From assembly GCA_964199315.1 (NCBI GenBank), contig OZ116712.1, positions 62,001 to 126,000 on the forward strand: a stretch of DNA of 64,000 bases. Direction: 5' to 3'. A program made the position numbers and the translations under genes. This document shows positions 1 through 13,600 of this stretch, piece after piece (the first letter of the stretch is position 1; every line of letters begins with the position of its first letter). The DNA is from Orbicella franksi (lineage: Eukaryota). The notes beneath the pieces are model-generated. The model ran no database searches. It had not been told where the DNA came from and saw nothing but the letters and a program-made list of their open reading frames with translations.

Positions 1-1299
1 ATTTGAATACCTTTTTTCAAGGGGTGCCATCCTTTACGTATTTTCTTAAAGGTTCATTGCCTCTAAGGCATTACAGGGGCACTATTATGAACATGACTTC
101 GAAAATCAAAACCCGACAGACAGCTATGGAAACCTAACCAATGCAAATACAGTGCACTGAATATGGCTTCTATAATGGTTGCGCATGCACTAGGTTGTGA
201 TATTAAATTGAAAAAGTCTGGCACACTTTTTCAAATGTTGTCGTCATGTCTTGAAAAATTCGCTAAGAACAAATTGCAATTTGTTCCCCCTTCAATAATT
301 CACAAAATATCTACGTCATGATGCTGTAAAAGCATCTCGGGTACGAGCAAAGGCACTTCATGCAAGACTTCTTTGGTTAGGGCAGGCGCAGTGTTCTGGT
401 TATTGCACATGAACTGGAGTAAGAGGATCATGAAAGATTTATTTTCACTAGAACTGTAAGTGTTCCCCGCTAACGCAGGAAGTGGCACATACTGTCGAAC
501 AGTTTAGAATGGAGATGCCAGTGCTGTTGTGAAGCAAGGAACAAAATCAAGTCCAGTGTCGGACCCCAGTGTTTAGTATAAAAATTCGTACACGCCTAAA
601 TGAAAAAGTAATACGAAATGAATAAGTCAGCGACAAACAGCTGGCTTACTTGATCGGTTCCTTTACTAGTCGCGAATTTTTTCAAAAAAGTATGAAATGG
701 TATTTGAAGGAAAAATATTGTGATTTATAAAATTGTCTATCTATCTATGGAGGAACAGGTGAACAAACTAGTTTGTTTAAGTAATAAAACTGTAAGGAGC
801 GTTGAATGTTAGAATGGTAATAATGAAAAAACAAAAACAATTAAAAACATGGCTCTTAAGATTAGTCTCCATTACATAAATCCTTATTGTTTCTTAAATG
901 GTATAAGAACTAAATGTCGTAGTAAGATTAAAGGACACCTTTATTTTAAGTTGTCAAATCTGATTCTTTGGTAGTTATGAACTTCTTATTTTCGATTTAT
1001 AAAGCGGATACTCATTTGATCACTTCAAGTTACAACTCATATTTGATGATCTAGTGCCTTCATTTCTTTGAACTAGATGGAAAGAAATTCTCAAAAGTTA
1101 TTTTTATTGATAACCTTGTCTCAAAGAAACTTACGGAAAAACAGCTGGTCGATATCGCATTACATTAATGCAGTAGTCCTCTTGCATGTTGTAGCTGTTA
1201 AGGTTGACAGAATTAATCGATTGTTTGCCTGACAGAACTGAAACTCGTGTACTCTTGCCAGAAAAAAAAAATAGAATAAAGGCCAAACTACGATTCAAA

Positions 1300-1453
1300 T
1301 GTTTTTCTATATAATTATTATTACTACTAATACTACTGTTACTATTGATACTTTTATTATTATTACTATTAGAATTTTTACAGTTGTAATTTTTTATAAG
1401 CCACTAATAAACATTATTATTATTATTAAAAAATAAAAAATTATTATTATTAT
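1300..1453. repeat. Degenerate (ATT)n/(ACT)n microsatellite region
   Basis: Interrupted runs of tattattat and tactac directly beside the RTE tail. Confidence 0.8.
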
Positions 1454-1960
1454 GTATGTATGTATGTATGTATTGGCATTATCGGACAATCTAGTCCATA
1501 ATTTTAGCGTGTGTTAGTAATTGTACATTTCCTTAAACATTTCCTGAGATGGCTTTGGAGTCCGATTCTTGATCGGCAGATGCAGTGACAAGAACCACAG
1601 ACATAAGTGGAATCAGTGGGTGGAGCAAGGGTCCTGGCCTTCTGACATTCTCTCCTGGTATCCACTGTAATGTGCAAAAGCTTTTCTCCCTCTCGTAGGG
1701 CTTCGGTGCAATTTGTTATCCACGCACTGCTGTCACTGGCAAGAGTCTCCCACGAATCGATTGGAAGACCAATGGCCTGCATGTCCCTCTTCGCCACGTC
1801 CTTGAAACGGAGCTTCGGTCGTCCTACCAGCCGTTTTCCTTGTACTAGTTCTCCGTACAAGAGTTGCTTGGGAATGCGGCCCTCATCCATTCGATGTACA
1901 TGGCCAATCCACCGCAGACGTCTCTGGCGAAGAAGGGTGTATACGGAGGGGATGCCTGTT
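1451..1960 (-). mobile_element. 5'-truncated RTE-clade non-LTR retrotransposon, 3' end (ORF C-terminus, 3' UTR, (CATA)n tail)
   Basis: The minus frame reads TGIPSVYTLLRQRRLRWIGHVHRMDEGRIPKQLLYGEL..GRPKLRFKD..WETLA.D.SAW..CGSCHCICRSRIGLQSHLRKC to the stop at 1504. This is the typical RTE C-terminus with a terminal zinc finger. It is followed by a short UTR and five TATG units (1451-1470 on +). Confidence 0.9.
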
Positions 1961-1980
1961 CATTATCATTATTATTACTG

Positions 1981-3316
1981 GAGAATGCAATATCTCAAAT
2001 CCTTATTCCAGCGATAACGGAACGTAACTGTGAACATATAGATAGAGACATCCTAGCGCTTCCAGTCCGTCTGGGAGCAGCTTGTGCCTTGGAAATCCAA
2101 GCCGGGAAGCACGTCGGGAGTATCCTTCATGTGTCAAAGTGACGACGCCCCTCGTTGAGCATATTATGTCTTAAACACATAAGCTGCCAGACGAGTTAAG
2201 TCGGCAAAGCAGACAGTTAAGAGCGAAAGAGCAGAAGAACTAAGGACACGGTGGAGAGGCTCAGGGAGAGTACATCGTGAGTGCAAACGAACACTAGGCC
2301 TGGTAGCAGAAAAAGGGTCATCGGTCTGGCTGACAGTGCTTTCCCTCAGAGAAATGGGCTTCAACCTAAATAAACGGGAGTTCCGTGATGCTGACCAGTT
2401 GATGATATTCCCTCTACCTGTGTTTGTGGAGAAATCTTTATGGTAGACCACGCCATGCATACGATTTGTAAGCGAGAGACCTGGAAGCTGAACTCCTGAA
2501 TATTCACGCACGTGGTTCCTGGGAACACCAACGATCGGCTTTCTTTGATGTCAGGGTTTGCCACCCAAATGCCGAATCGTACAGGGACCTAGAGACACAA
2601 AAGATTTACAGAACGCATGAACATGAGCAGAAGCGTCAGTACTCAAGCAGAGTTCTCGACGTTGAACACGGAACATTCACGCCCTTAGTATTCACTACAA
2701 CCGGAGGACTGGGTCAGGAATGCTTGAGGTACCACAGTCGCCTTGCCGAGTTGATAGCGCTAAAGAAGGGGGAGCAGTACGCGAAGACGATGTCCTGGAT
2801 CAGAGCAAAAACGTCGTTTGCACTCTTGAGATCTGCCCTAATCTGTTTGAGAGGTTCTAGGACAACCAGAAGAGTCCCCTGTGATTTCAAGGATGCGGAC
2901 TTTGACGTCGAAACTGCAGAGGGAACCATCTATTAGCTCCTTTCTTTTTTTGGGCGAAACTCTGATTTTTAATACTGGTTTTATTTATTTTAGCCTTTAG
3001 CTTTTTTTTCTTTAACATTTCTGCAACGTTTATTCTTTCCTCTGTTAAAAAGAAGGACATGTAGGGTAGGAATTGCCTAGAGTATACACATTTCTATCAT
3101 TTCACATTAATTTGCCATTACTTGTGTACATAGCTACTTAATGCTTGTCAATGCTTACAGAGTATAATTATGTAGGTAGGCTATTGAAATGTTTACAGGA
3201 ATAATTTTAGGGAAAAAACTTAAGGAACAACTGAATTTCTGAATTTTTACCAGATACATGTAAGATTCAAGTTTGAATGAAAAAGTACTCCATAAAGTTT
3301 GTTATTTTAATTATTA

Positions 3317-3347
<31 letters not shown>

Positions 3348-3350
3348 TAT
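1981..3350 (+). mobile_element. 5'-truncated, degenerate CRE-like non-LTR retrotransposon (end of RT, zinc knuckle, restriction-like endonuclease, 3' UTR, (ATT)n tail)
   Basis: Frameshifted translation gives [114 protein letters not shown], with the stop at 2936. An (ATT)n tail lies at about 3310-3350. The element is flanked by a 19/20 direct repeat (1961-1980 and 3351-3370). Clade assignment is from recalled motif consensus. Confidence 0.82.
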
Positions 3351-3370
3351 CATTATCATTATTATTATTG
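3310..3370. repeat. (ATT)n/(ATC) microsatellite (LINE tail plus target-site duplication)
   Basis: Read directly: ttattattat...attatcattatcattattatcattatcattattattattg. Confidence 0.95.
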
Positions 3371-4324
3371 CTATAACCTTTCACAAGAGACAGTTTTGTC
3401 CCATTTTCTTCCACGTACTATGAAAGATTTATGTGCTTTAAAATTCCAACGATCTTATTTACTTTTCCATCAAACTATGAACACAGTCACAGTTATACCG
3501 ATCAGTAATGAAATAAAGTCATTGAGTGGCCATTGAGAGACCGTCACTACACATATGGAATATTGTCATCAAGGTTTTTAAAACGTAACATTAAATTGCC
3601 TGTTGATCGTATGCAGTTATGATGCAGTAAGCAAACAACTCCCATTTTAATGTTAGTTCCAGCAGATAATATGTGCCCGTTCAAGTTGGCGTTGAATTTA
3701 TAAAGCTAGAACTTTAGTCAGTAAGTCTTTGCCAATCATAGGAAAATAACGCCGCCGTCCCCTTCCCCTTTCGGGAAATGCTCTAGTGTCTGCTTTATAC
3801 AAGATATAAGAACACATAACATTGTGCGTCAAATGTCATTTCTAATCAGGCACGTTGGATACATATATGGAATTAGGGTCATAAGGCTGATGTATTTGCG
3901 TTCAATTGCTTTGTTTAAACTGGAAAAATGTTCAAAGTAATATGTATAGTTCCATAGATTATGCCGCAAGGTTCAGTTAATTACATTAGAGAAATAGTTT
4001 GTGTACACAAACACAACTGAGACATGACACAGTTAAGAACCGAAGAGGGGGATCTAAAATGCAACCGTAAGGAAATTTTATAAGAAAAACACATAATGCG
4101 AAAAAGTTAGTTGAACGGTTATTACAATTTTCAAGAGGACATTTTATCTTGTGAAGAAATTGCCGATGTATGATTGTTTAAGTTCTAGAGTTTCTGAAGC
4201 TTTTGAAATCTGAAGCAACTGATGGCTATACGAGAGATCCTTTTTTCCACAATAGCAAGAATACTGCAGGGCTATTCAACCTTGGAAGCCCCGTGGGTTT
4301 TTCCGGAGGTCGAATATGAATACA

Positions 4325-4611
4325 AGAGCACTTTTCAATATGAACCCAAAATTTCGTTCTGACTTTCTATAAATTACAATGTTGAGTGGAACATTGTTTT
4401 CGTTAAGAGGATCACCTGGTCACGTTTACCAAATTTTATGAGGGTTTCTGCCGTGAAATTTGGGGTCGTCGTTTGCTCCAGCGTTTTCCGGAACGTTCGC
4501 ATCTTGGAAATTCATAAATTGTAGAATTTTCAGGAAACCTTCAAGGAAATGTCGGTACCATATGCCCCACTTTGACAGTTCCGGAATTTTAGGTCGCATA
4601 AAAAGCGCTCT
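4325..4611. mobile_element. Old MITE with degenerate terminal inverted repeats
   Basis: Left end is AGAGCACTTTTCAATATGAACCCAAAATT. The reverse complement of the right end is AGAGCGCTTTTTATGCGACCTAAAATT. The interior ttccggaa/ggtacca/tatgcccc pattern resembles an abundant coral repeat (recalled, not searched). Confidence 0.55.
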
Positions 4612-7600
4612 AAATATCCGTTATTACAGGTTTACATCATAGAAACGACTATATTTCAGCTGCTTTCTTGGTTTCTGTATAGTTTACAGTATATAGGGGA
4701 AATGTATGTTGGGACCTTGGCTGCTGTCCGTTTAATGCTGAGTCCCCTCTACAGGTATTTAGATTTTACAAGTTATTTTACAACGTTCCTTTTACCGATT
4801 TACACATCTCCAACATCTCGGTTTTACGGTGCGGTGCTTATGTCTTAGTCATTATTATTCTTGTGATGATCAGTGGGTTCTAATCCTAAGGCGGTATATA
4901 GATAACTTCTCCTGACAAATATCAAACTAATTTGTCAAAGAGACAAACGATCAGATAGAGATCGGAGATTGTTTGATGTGTATATCACTAAATTCTTAGA
5001 ACTAACTTTCTGAGAAATATACGGCAGTAAAATAGAGAATATACATTTGAAATTTGGGTCTGAATGGATGAAGGAAATCGTCTTGCAAACAGAGGCAACA
5101 GCAAAATACTGTTTTGAGCTTTTACGTAGTTTTCTAGGAGAAATAACTGATGCACTTTTGCTGAAGGACGAGGCTTTTTGTAGATAATATAAATGATTAT
5201 TCTTATCAGACAAATTGACGAATACGATCTATCAAAGCTTCCTGCATGATCTGAAGCGGTCTACAAGGGAACAGAACTGTGCATCTACAGGAGGCAAGGA
5301 CTCATGTAGGTTGTTCCTAATTTTTATTGCCTTCCTGCCAAGGATCGCGAGAAACCAGAAACAAAGGCTTGCCGTGCGAGATAAAATATGAAAAATGGTC
5401 AAATAACAAAGTAGTAGAAGTTCTCATTTGCACTGAAAGTCTCGAAACAAAATCCGGCCTAGCATTGTTTCTATTTACACTTTAGGCTCACTCTTCATCA
5501 ATCCAAGAGACGCTCGTTCGTTCGACAACTTTAAAAGAACCCGTTTACAGTTGAATTGATCGGATAAATGTTTTTCATGGTTCGATAACCCGTCTATTTT
5601 TGAAGGATTGCCGTCAAAAGATGTTTACCGCCAAAAGGGGTGCGCAGCACGTATCCAGGCGGGACAGCAGCATTGTAGCGAAGGAGCGAATAGAAAATGA
5701 TTAATACTCGTCATATTGCAAACTTGGAAAGCCTTCTTTTAATCATCTAATTTATACCAAGGTCGAAGAAAACCGATATGGTGGTGTTAGCCTCTTATTT
5801 ACCTGAAAGTAGCAGTGATTTAATTAATTATTCTCCATCCGTGAAGGACGTGAAATTATTGCTCGTTTTAACGAGTACAAACTGACTGCCCTTGCGTGAT
5901 CTGCTCAGGTTTCCAGGATAGAGTGTCTGACGTTCTTTCGTGATTACAGACAGCGAACAGATTAAACGCAAGAGTTAATGGATATTGAGAAGCTAAGAAT
6001 GAGCAGAAAGCAGGTGTTTTCAAATCGAACCACTTGCAAGCTTACCGCTTTGTTCATGGCTGTTCACTTCTTAGTACCTCATTAAACAATCCAATAGCGG
6101 TATATTCTCCACAAAGTAAATGGCGGCAAGCGGGCTGTTTTACTAACAGATATCTCGCCCTTTTGCCGTTCTCGTAAGGACTTATTTGAAAAGTCTGTTC
6201 AACAAAGAACGTAATGCCACAACGATAAAAAGACAAGTCATATCAGTAGCATTAATACTTGCTTAAGTTGCTTTGCTGAGACAGTTACCAACTAACTTAC
6301 ACTGTGCGTGAGAATAAGTGAGACCATGAGATGATCATAAAACAAAATCATCAAAGATATTTTTCACGTAACTTGGAAATTTTTCTAGCCTACGCTGAGA
6401 AACAAAATGTAATTGAACATTTTGTCATAGCCTCGAATTTAATTTTCATAACAGTTATTCCAGGAAAATTATCAGCCACATATAGCCAAGTTTATATAAT
6501 TGGTAGAGAAAACGATAAAATCAGAAATGGCTTTGTTAAAAAGCAACCTGTCCTCATCATTTGAATGTCTCATGAAAAGAAAGTGAATTGGCTGGCAAAG
6601 TACGACAGTAGCATTTGTGTTTTCCTTATTTAGTCTAGAACAATAGCAACAAAGGCTGTTAGGACGCATATTTGGCCGCTTCATAACTTTCGTTGACCGT
6701 GCTTTGTCTCAAAATAACCCGGCATTTAGCATTTCTTTCACGTTAACAAATTTTAATACGGACAATGGTGATCTATTGTAATGAATAGTGGCTCGAACCA
6801 TTGACAAATACTCTTTTAATAACACGTCACGCCTTCTAAGTTTTGCCACTCAGAACGAGTACTTATTTCCGCAAATTAACAATTTCATATGTATTTCCTA
6901 TTCGCTTTACTCCTGTGAAGTATTTCAAAGTGCCCGCCTGATTAAAAGATTAATAAGATAGACGCATGAAATTCTGTTCAAATGCCAAACATGATTTTAC
7001 TCGACAGAAGTTCTATTAATGATAGTATATTGCTTTGTTTATGTATAATCTGTCCGCTCTACAAAACCCATATTTAAGATTGCAAACAGTCTTTTATTAA
7101 TATTCTTTTATTTAATTCCGCTATATTTGGCGGAATTGTTGTCATATAGCTTTGTTTTAGGACTATTATTGAAACACATTTCAATTTGCGGTAACAAAAA
7201 TATCTTTCAAAAACAAGACAATGGAAAGTGAATTGCTTGAAGTTCGATTTTCACAGGATCGATTTTTATGTCACATACCGGGAAGAGTCTTCTCAAGTCA
7301 AAAACAGGATATGGTAAAATTAACGCCGGCTTATTTCATTGGGATATTTCTAAGTAATTCGGTATATAATAAGCCGTTAACTCAATACCGGTATTCATGT
7401 CACAAGCGACAATCATTCACAAGTGATGAAATTATTGAATAAGACATCAAAGACATTTGCCGCCTTTGTAATTTTTTATTTTCGCCAAGTTATTCAAAAA
7501 TTCTTGAGTATGTCATTTTGAAAAGTCGCGGAGCCATTCGGAGATCAGGTTTTCGCACTGTCACCAATCTATCAGTTTCATTCAAAGCAGATCTTCCTCG

Positions 7601-10600
7601 GATCAAGTTTTCTTTACTTGTGAGGTAAGGGTTCCTTTTCAGCCTATGACCGAATTTCCATCTTTAACCTCAACACTCTAAATTAAGTTTTAAAAATTCA
7701 AGAGGTTCAGCTCCGAGGCATCATTTATCGCAAAATAAAAACTCTTCCAGTTCTTAATGCATAAAAGCCGTTGGAACTTTTTCACAAAGATCTAGGTAAA
7801 ATGCTGTGATTCCGTCAGACAAAAGATTAGTTCAAAAGGTTTCTCATCGCTTTTGTTTGAATACAATAACATCACCTCTTATGAGCTCGCTTTTGTGCCG
7901 TATAGACTTCTGAAGGAAGCCTGGGTTTTCAAGAAGTACCATTGCTCAGCATACAGAACGAATGTTCAGAGATCAGAAGCCGACTCTACGTACAACAGTC
8001 TGCGCAGATAAAGAAAGCCTCTTCGCGGAATGAGACCAGGCATCGATGCCATCCGCATTTTGAATTCGCAACCTATAAAATACCAAACTAAATTCAACTT
8101 ATTTAGCGTTAAAATCTGGCTAGTGGAAGTCAAGCCAAGCGACACTCTTTTGAGTTCTGCTTGTATTACTGGGCTTTTACAGGTCAATGTTTGCCTTCAG
8201 TTTATCACCATTTAGTAAGAGGGTCAATATTGATCTCAGACAAAACCCTTTCGCTGTGTCATTTAGTGTACACTTTCGAAGAAAATATTTACACTACTCT
8301 GGAAACTCCGACAAACAGAAATTTAAACTTTGCTATGACAAATATTTCTTGTCCATAAAAGGTTGTTGTTGATAAACATGATTAGCTGAGTTAATTCTAA
8401 ATTAACTCGCCGCGTTGTACGTGGTAAAGTAATGAAGCAAGATTTGTCGGAATCGGGGTAGGGTATTGTTAACAACGGCCCATAAAAAGTATAATATGGA
8501 CAATCGACGTCTCGCAGCAGACGCGAACGAGTCAAATACGAGAAAGAAAAAAACTCCTACAATGTTTGAGCTGCGCCTTTTAAGAAGATAACAATCTTTT
8601 AATATGGGTTAAAGATAGACAGTGGTTTACCCAAAACGTTGGAAAATTTCTCGGTTTGAGTTTCAGAATCTTACTGTTCCGATCTGACATCAACTGGCAA
8701 ACATTTGTGATGTTTATTGAAAGAGTTCGCTCTATTTCTTTTGTGTTAGCTTAGATGTGGTCAATGAAATGAAAGATGCCTGATATAAGACTCCTCCAAA
8801 ATCAGAGCCAAAGCGTTTATGTTTAGGTTTTATTTTATGCTCACTATATAGCTGTTGGTATTGAAATGGTTTTGAGAATTAAGAAAAATGCTTACTCAGT
8901 TATTTAACTGGGTTGAGGCAGAGTGTGCGACTGAAATATACAGAAATTTTATTATGAAATATACAAGTGAACTTAATTTTTCGTCCCTTTGTATATGCTT
9001 AAAGCAGTAGCTGACTCTGAAATTCTGCGAGGGACGACTATTTTGGGACTCCCGAATACTAGCAAGCATTTTCGGATTGTAAGATTATTGCTGGTGTCAA
9101 CGACAATAGTTGGTTTTCACTTTCGAAAAATCAAAATCGTACGTTTTGTAAACGTTTTTCTCTATTGAATTTAAATATATACTGAAATTTATCATAAGGA
9201 ACACATTTTCTTCAGGCATGTCTTTTCCTGGCGAATTTTACTCACAAATCATTGGTTGAAAATCATGAGCCATAAATTGCCATAATTGTTGCTAATTAAA
9301 CCTAGCAAAGACAAGGAGGAAATTAGTCACACGAGAGAAATTCTCCTAACATAAAAATGGACAGTTTAGCTTCCGCACTGGATATCTTTACAAAAACACC
9401 AGCTGCAACCGAAACTACATCCTCACCTCCTCGACCAAAAGATAGTGTTATATACAACTACAAGAAAACCCTCGCCTGACTTCACAATAAATGACAACCT
9501 CGTAAAGAGAAAGTTTCTGAATCGATTGACATTTTCCTTTTCCTTAAAAGTACTTTTTATGTTATGGACCTAATATAAACAAGGAAAACGGTAAATGCGT
9601 GTATTTTCGTTTACCTAAGCCGCGGGTGCGGTTTATTAAGAAAGCGAACTACATTTCGAATCGATTGAGGTTCTTTGCCTTGACAGCATTCAGCTAAAGA
9701 TTATATGCCTTCTTTATTGTTATGTTTGACGTAGATCTGAAAGGAAATCTTGCTAGTTTGGCGGTATCTAAAACTGGTACATCGTTATTGTTTTGGTAAA
9801 AGAGTGCTTATTTTTCGTGACTATCCTTCTACAGAGCTAAAACGAGGAGCGAGCGAATTCCACAAACTTCGAGTTAATGCTTCTCTAATTCAAACTTGTA
9901 AGATCAAACGAAGAAAATCTCTTATCATTATTTATTGATTTAATTCTTGATTATACCTGAAACAAACGAGGCTCTTCTAAAATGTGTGGAAACAGTAAAT
10001 CTAAGAGAAGACTTTGCTGCAGGTTGGTTCTTCCACGAAAACGGTATGCCCACTGCACAATTTTATGACGCATTCTGACTTCCAAGCAGTTGGAGAGGTA
10101 CTTTTTTGTTCTGTTCTTCAAACTAATATTTTTCTCTGAAATGGAAATGCAAGCTCTAGTACGAAGTTGATTTTCTTTCTTCTTATTAAATTCTTAAATA
10201 AAACCTCCCAGAAAGTTACGCCGGTGACTTCTGAACGTTCAGCTGATTTGATTCCTCCTGTCTTCTTGTGCATTGTAGTAGTTCATCACCAGTGATTTCC
10301 TTTACAGGTAACAGCATTCAGTTTACCCTGTTACCCTGTTTGTAAAATTCTTAGAGAATTTATTTCTTCCGTAAACCTCCCGGCTTTTTTCTTTTTTTTT
10401 TTTTTTCTTTTTTTTTTTAACAATATAGCATTATTTCTTATCACAAACATACGTAAGGGTGGTGGGCTAAATTCTACCCACAATTCCCCCCGTTCGTTCC
10501 CATGATCCCCGCGAAAATGCGTTGTAAATATGTCATGCAAATAGAGAAACAAGTACTTCCATCCTTATATATGATCGAGTGCGTATCAGACAGGTTTTTA

Positions 10601-13600
10601 TGGATTGAATTATCTGAACGGCGTTTTATATCCTTTTGTTTACGAAACTCAGCCTAGATGTATTCTTTCTTCCACAGGCTTCTTGGATTCAAGATCAAAT
10701 ATTTTCAAGCTGTTCAAATTGTTTGTCAACCTTGATCGTTTGAGAGGTGAGACGGAACATTCTTGTTTACACAGTTTGGCCATATAAATTCCATTCGAGT
10801 ACTGCACGACAAATATTTATCTTTCTTTACCTTTACTCGTCTTAATATTTTTTGTTTGTTTGTCGCTACCAACTCATGACATGTTTGTAGTTTCGTTGTT
10901 TTGATTCAAACGTCCAGCTAAGAAAACTTGTTATGTTAGTGAATCAATAGACGGAAAACGACAAAGTCATGTTGGAGAAAGTTCGCAACTTCTCATTGTT
11001 ATTTGATATTTGAGCGAAAGAGATGTGTTTTGGATACCACGGGGAAATTCATCGTCAGAAGATAAGTTGAGACCATTATCGTGAAGTTATATTTCTATTA
11101 GGCTACCATTATGCGCAGCTTAAATTAAAGGCAGTTGTTAGGACCTTAACTAGCTTTCGCCCTCAAATAGACGAAGAGGAAGTTATTTTTTACAGTGGGA
11201 GATAACATTGTTGAAAAGGACTCGAATGTAAAAGTTCGTGAAAAGGAAAAAAATGTTTTTTTCTCGAAACACGTCAGTGATATCGAAACGCATTTGGCCC
11301 ATGTGTTACTGTAACCCGATAGTTGAAAGGCTTATTTATTCTATGAAAATTTTGCGTATTTAAATTTCGCTTTTCATGTCTATGAAATGACAGAATAGAG
11401 AACAAAGCTGTCAAATGACATAATGGTGCAATGTTTTAATTTTGTATTCCACTGCATTTGAAAATTCATCGAACAACGTACATAGATTCTGGGAGATCTT
11501 TTCCAACGTTATATTTATTTTAACTTAATGATTTGGTTAGCACTCACTCAATCGCCCTAAGAAGAGTCAATACGGTCAGAATCGTTTTCGCAAAGTCTTG
11601 GCGTTGTCACTACTAAGTTAAATTCCGCCTTCTGTGTTTGAAAGCGCGAGTGTTTTGGGAAATTCTATATCTCTCTTTTCACTGCTTCCTTTATTCAATT
11701 TAATCATTTCACACGGAAGATTATAAGTGGACTAAATGAAGGCTTTCAATATTTCGGAAGCTGAGTAAAACTGACTTAAGAGCCTCGTGAAAACAATATC
11801 CAGGAAATAACGATAATTCCCGGACTTTTGATAACAGTTCATAGTAAGTCTTCGCGTGACTATACGCTGAAAGTTAGGTCGTGTCAATTTCAGTTGTTTA
11901 CAAGCCGACGTGAATTTCATTCAGTGAAATCTCCGACAAGGCCGGCCAATAGTTAGAATTCTGTTCTGTTTGAGTTGAAGAGTCCTTGAGAAAGAGTCAA
12001 AATCCATCAAAAGTTTCAAAGTAATGAACATGAAATCCACATGACATTTCAAATTTTACTTTCGGGTAAGCAGTGATCGGCTGTCAAGGCTGTTTGCTCG
12101 CGGAATTCCAAGAAATCGACGGAAACAGACGAGGTCCACCGTCAAATTGTTAGGTTATCATATTGAAAACTAACAAGATGGTAACCCCCCCATTTGATCA
12201 AATTTTGAAATTGAAGCTTCGATAGGATCAATATTGGATTAAATGCGGCTGCATCCTTGAAACAACCACAATTAAAGATAAGAAAACTACTGAGTTCCGA
12301 GAGTGACGTAATTATGGCGGGTAATTAGTTAAACTTCCCGGCGTTTTACTTGTAATTACAAAAATACGTCAAAAGCTTTCCTTTTTCCATTATCTTTAAG
12401 AAACTAGATCTTTCCAACATCTTGTAAAGCCAAAGTTTTCTCTCGGACAAGGTGTCGCCTTTAGGCGACGAGGAACGTTTGCTCGAGGATGGTTTAAATT
12501 CACGGATGGCAAATAGGAGGCGAAGATAAAACTTTAAACGTTTAGGTTTCACGTTTTATGTTCAGGCTTAATACAAAGAGAAATAAATTAGTCTTTGATA
12601 ACTAGGGTTTGTTGATGGTGTTTGTGATCGCTGATAGAAGAAGCAAATGAATTTCTTGACGGGTGAGGATTTTCTTTGGCTGATCGCCGCGTGATATTTT
12701 GGCGCCAATTGTCACATTACTTAAAACATCTATCGACACCGAAAATACACTGGAACGTTTTGTCTTTGATAAATTAACCATGTAATTTATTTTGTTCAAG
12801 CGGGTGAGAAGTGCTGAAATTAATTCTGGAATACTTGTTAAACTGAATTTCAGTTGCCAGAGGATGAAGATTACACAGTAAAACACTTCAACTGTTTTCT
12901 GTCATTGAACAAAAACAAAAATGCGTCAAGGAAGATCTCATTTACTTGGTAGACGTGAGCTAAAGATCAGTTAAGTTGAGCTAGAAATTGGATCAGAAAT
13001 AAAGCTATTAAAAAACACGGAATAAGGCAGTCTAAACTATTTGTGTTATCAAAATAGGAAGCCTTGGTCGGAAAGACATGTTTGCCCGCGGGTGAGGATG
13101 GCAACGAGATTGTGTTTAAAAGGTAAACATGCAAATTCAAAGAGTATTGTCAAAGTGCTCCAAAACACAGGATATTGTTTTAAATTGTTTTCCGTTAAAT
13201 TAATAGTCTTGCTTCATTTAAGTCGCCGCAACAATGAATCCGTGCTGAGGCAGCAGCTACCGGGAGAACTTCTCCTTTTGGTCAGATTTGGAGCAAACTT
13301 TTATGTGTATCCTTAGTACTTTGAGTTCTCGGTTTTTAGTAATAACAATGTTTTACGAAACCAACAGAGTAGTTTTTTGTAATAAATTGGACGATGTTGG
13401 ATTAGTAATAACAGCAGTTTCATTGTAAAACATGTTTTACTTTTTGTAGTAATAAATAATGAATTTGTTCATTTCTTCGTTTATTTCTGGGTTTCCTCAG
13501 TTGTGTTGTGGAGTCAGACAATTAAGCTCATGAGTTGTCCGGAACAAAAAACAAGTTTCAAATAGATTTTTCAGTGTTTTATAGCACCTTGATTTTCTGA

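Noticed and set aside
52-160. Possible terminal exon (..GHYYEHDFENQNPTDSYGNLTNANTVH*)
   Set aside because: Weak AAG acceptor, short, and no recognisable homology. Upstream context lies outside the window.
1670-2017. 115-aa plus-strand ORF (and minus ORFs at 2164-2929)
   Set aside because: These are antisense shadows of the RTE and CRE coding sequences.
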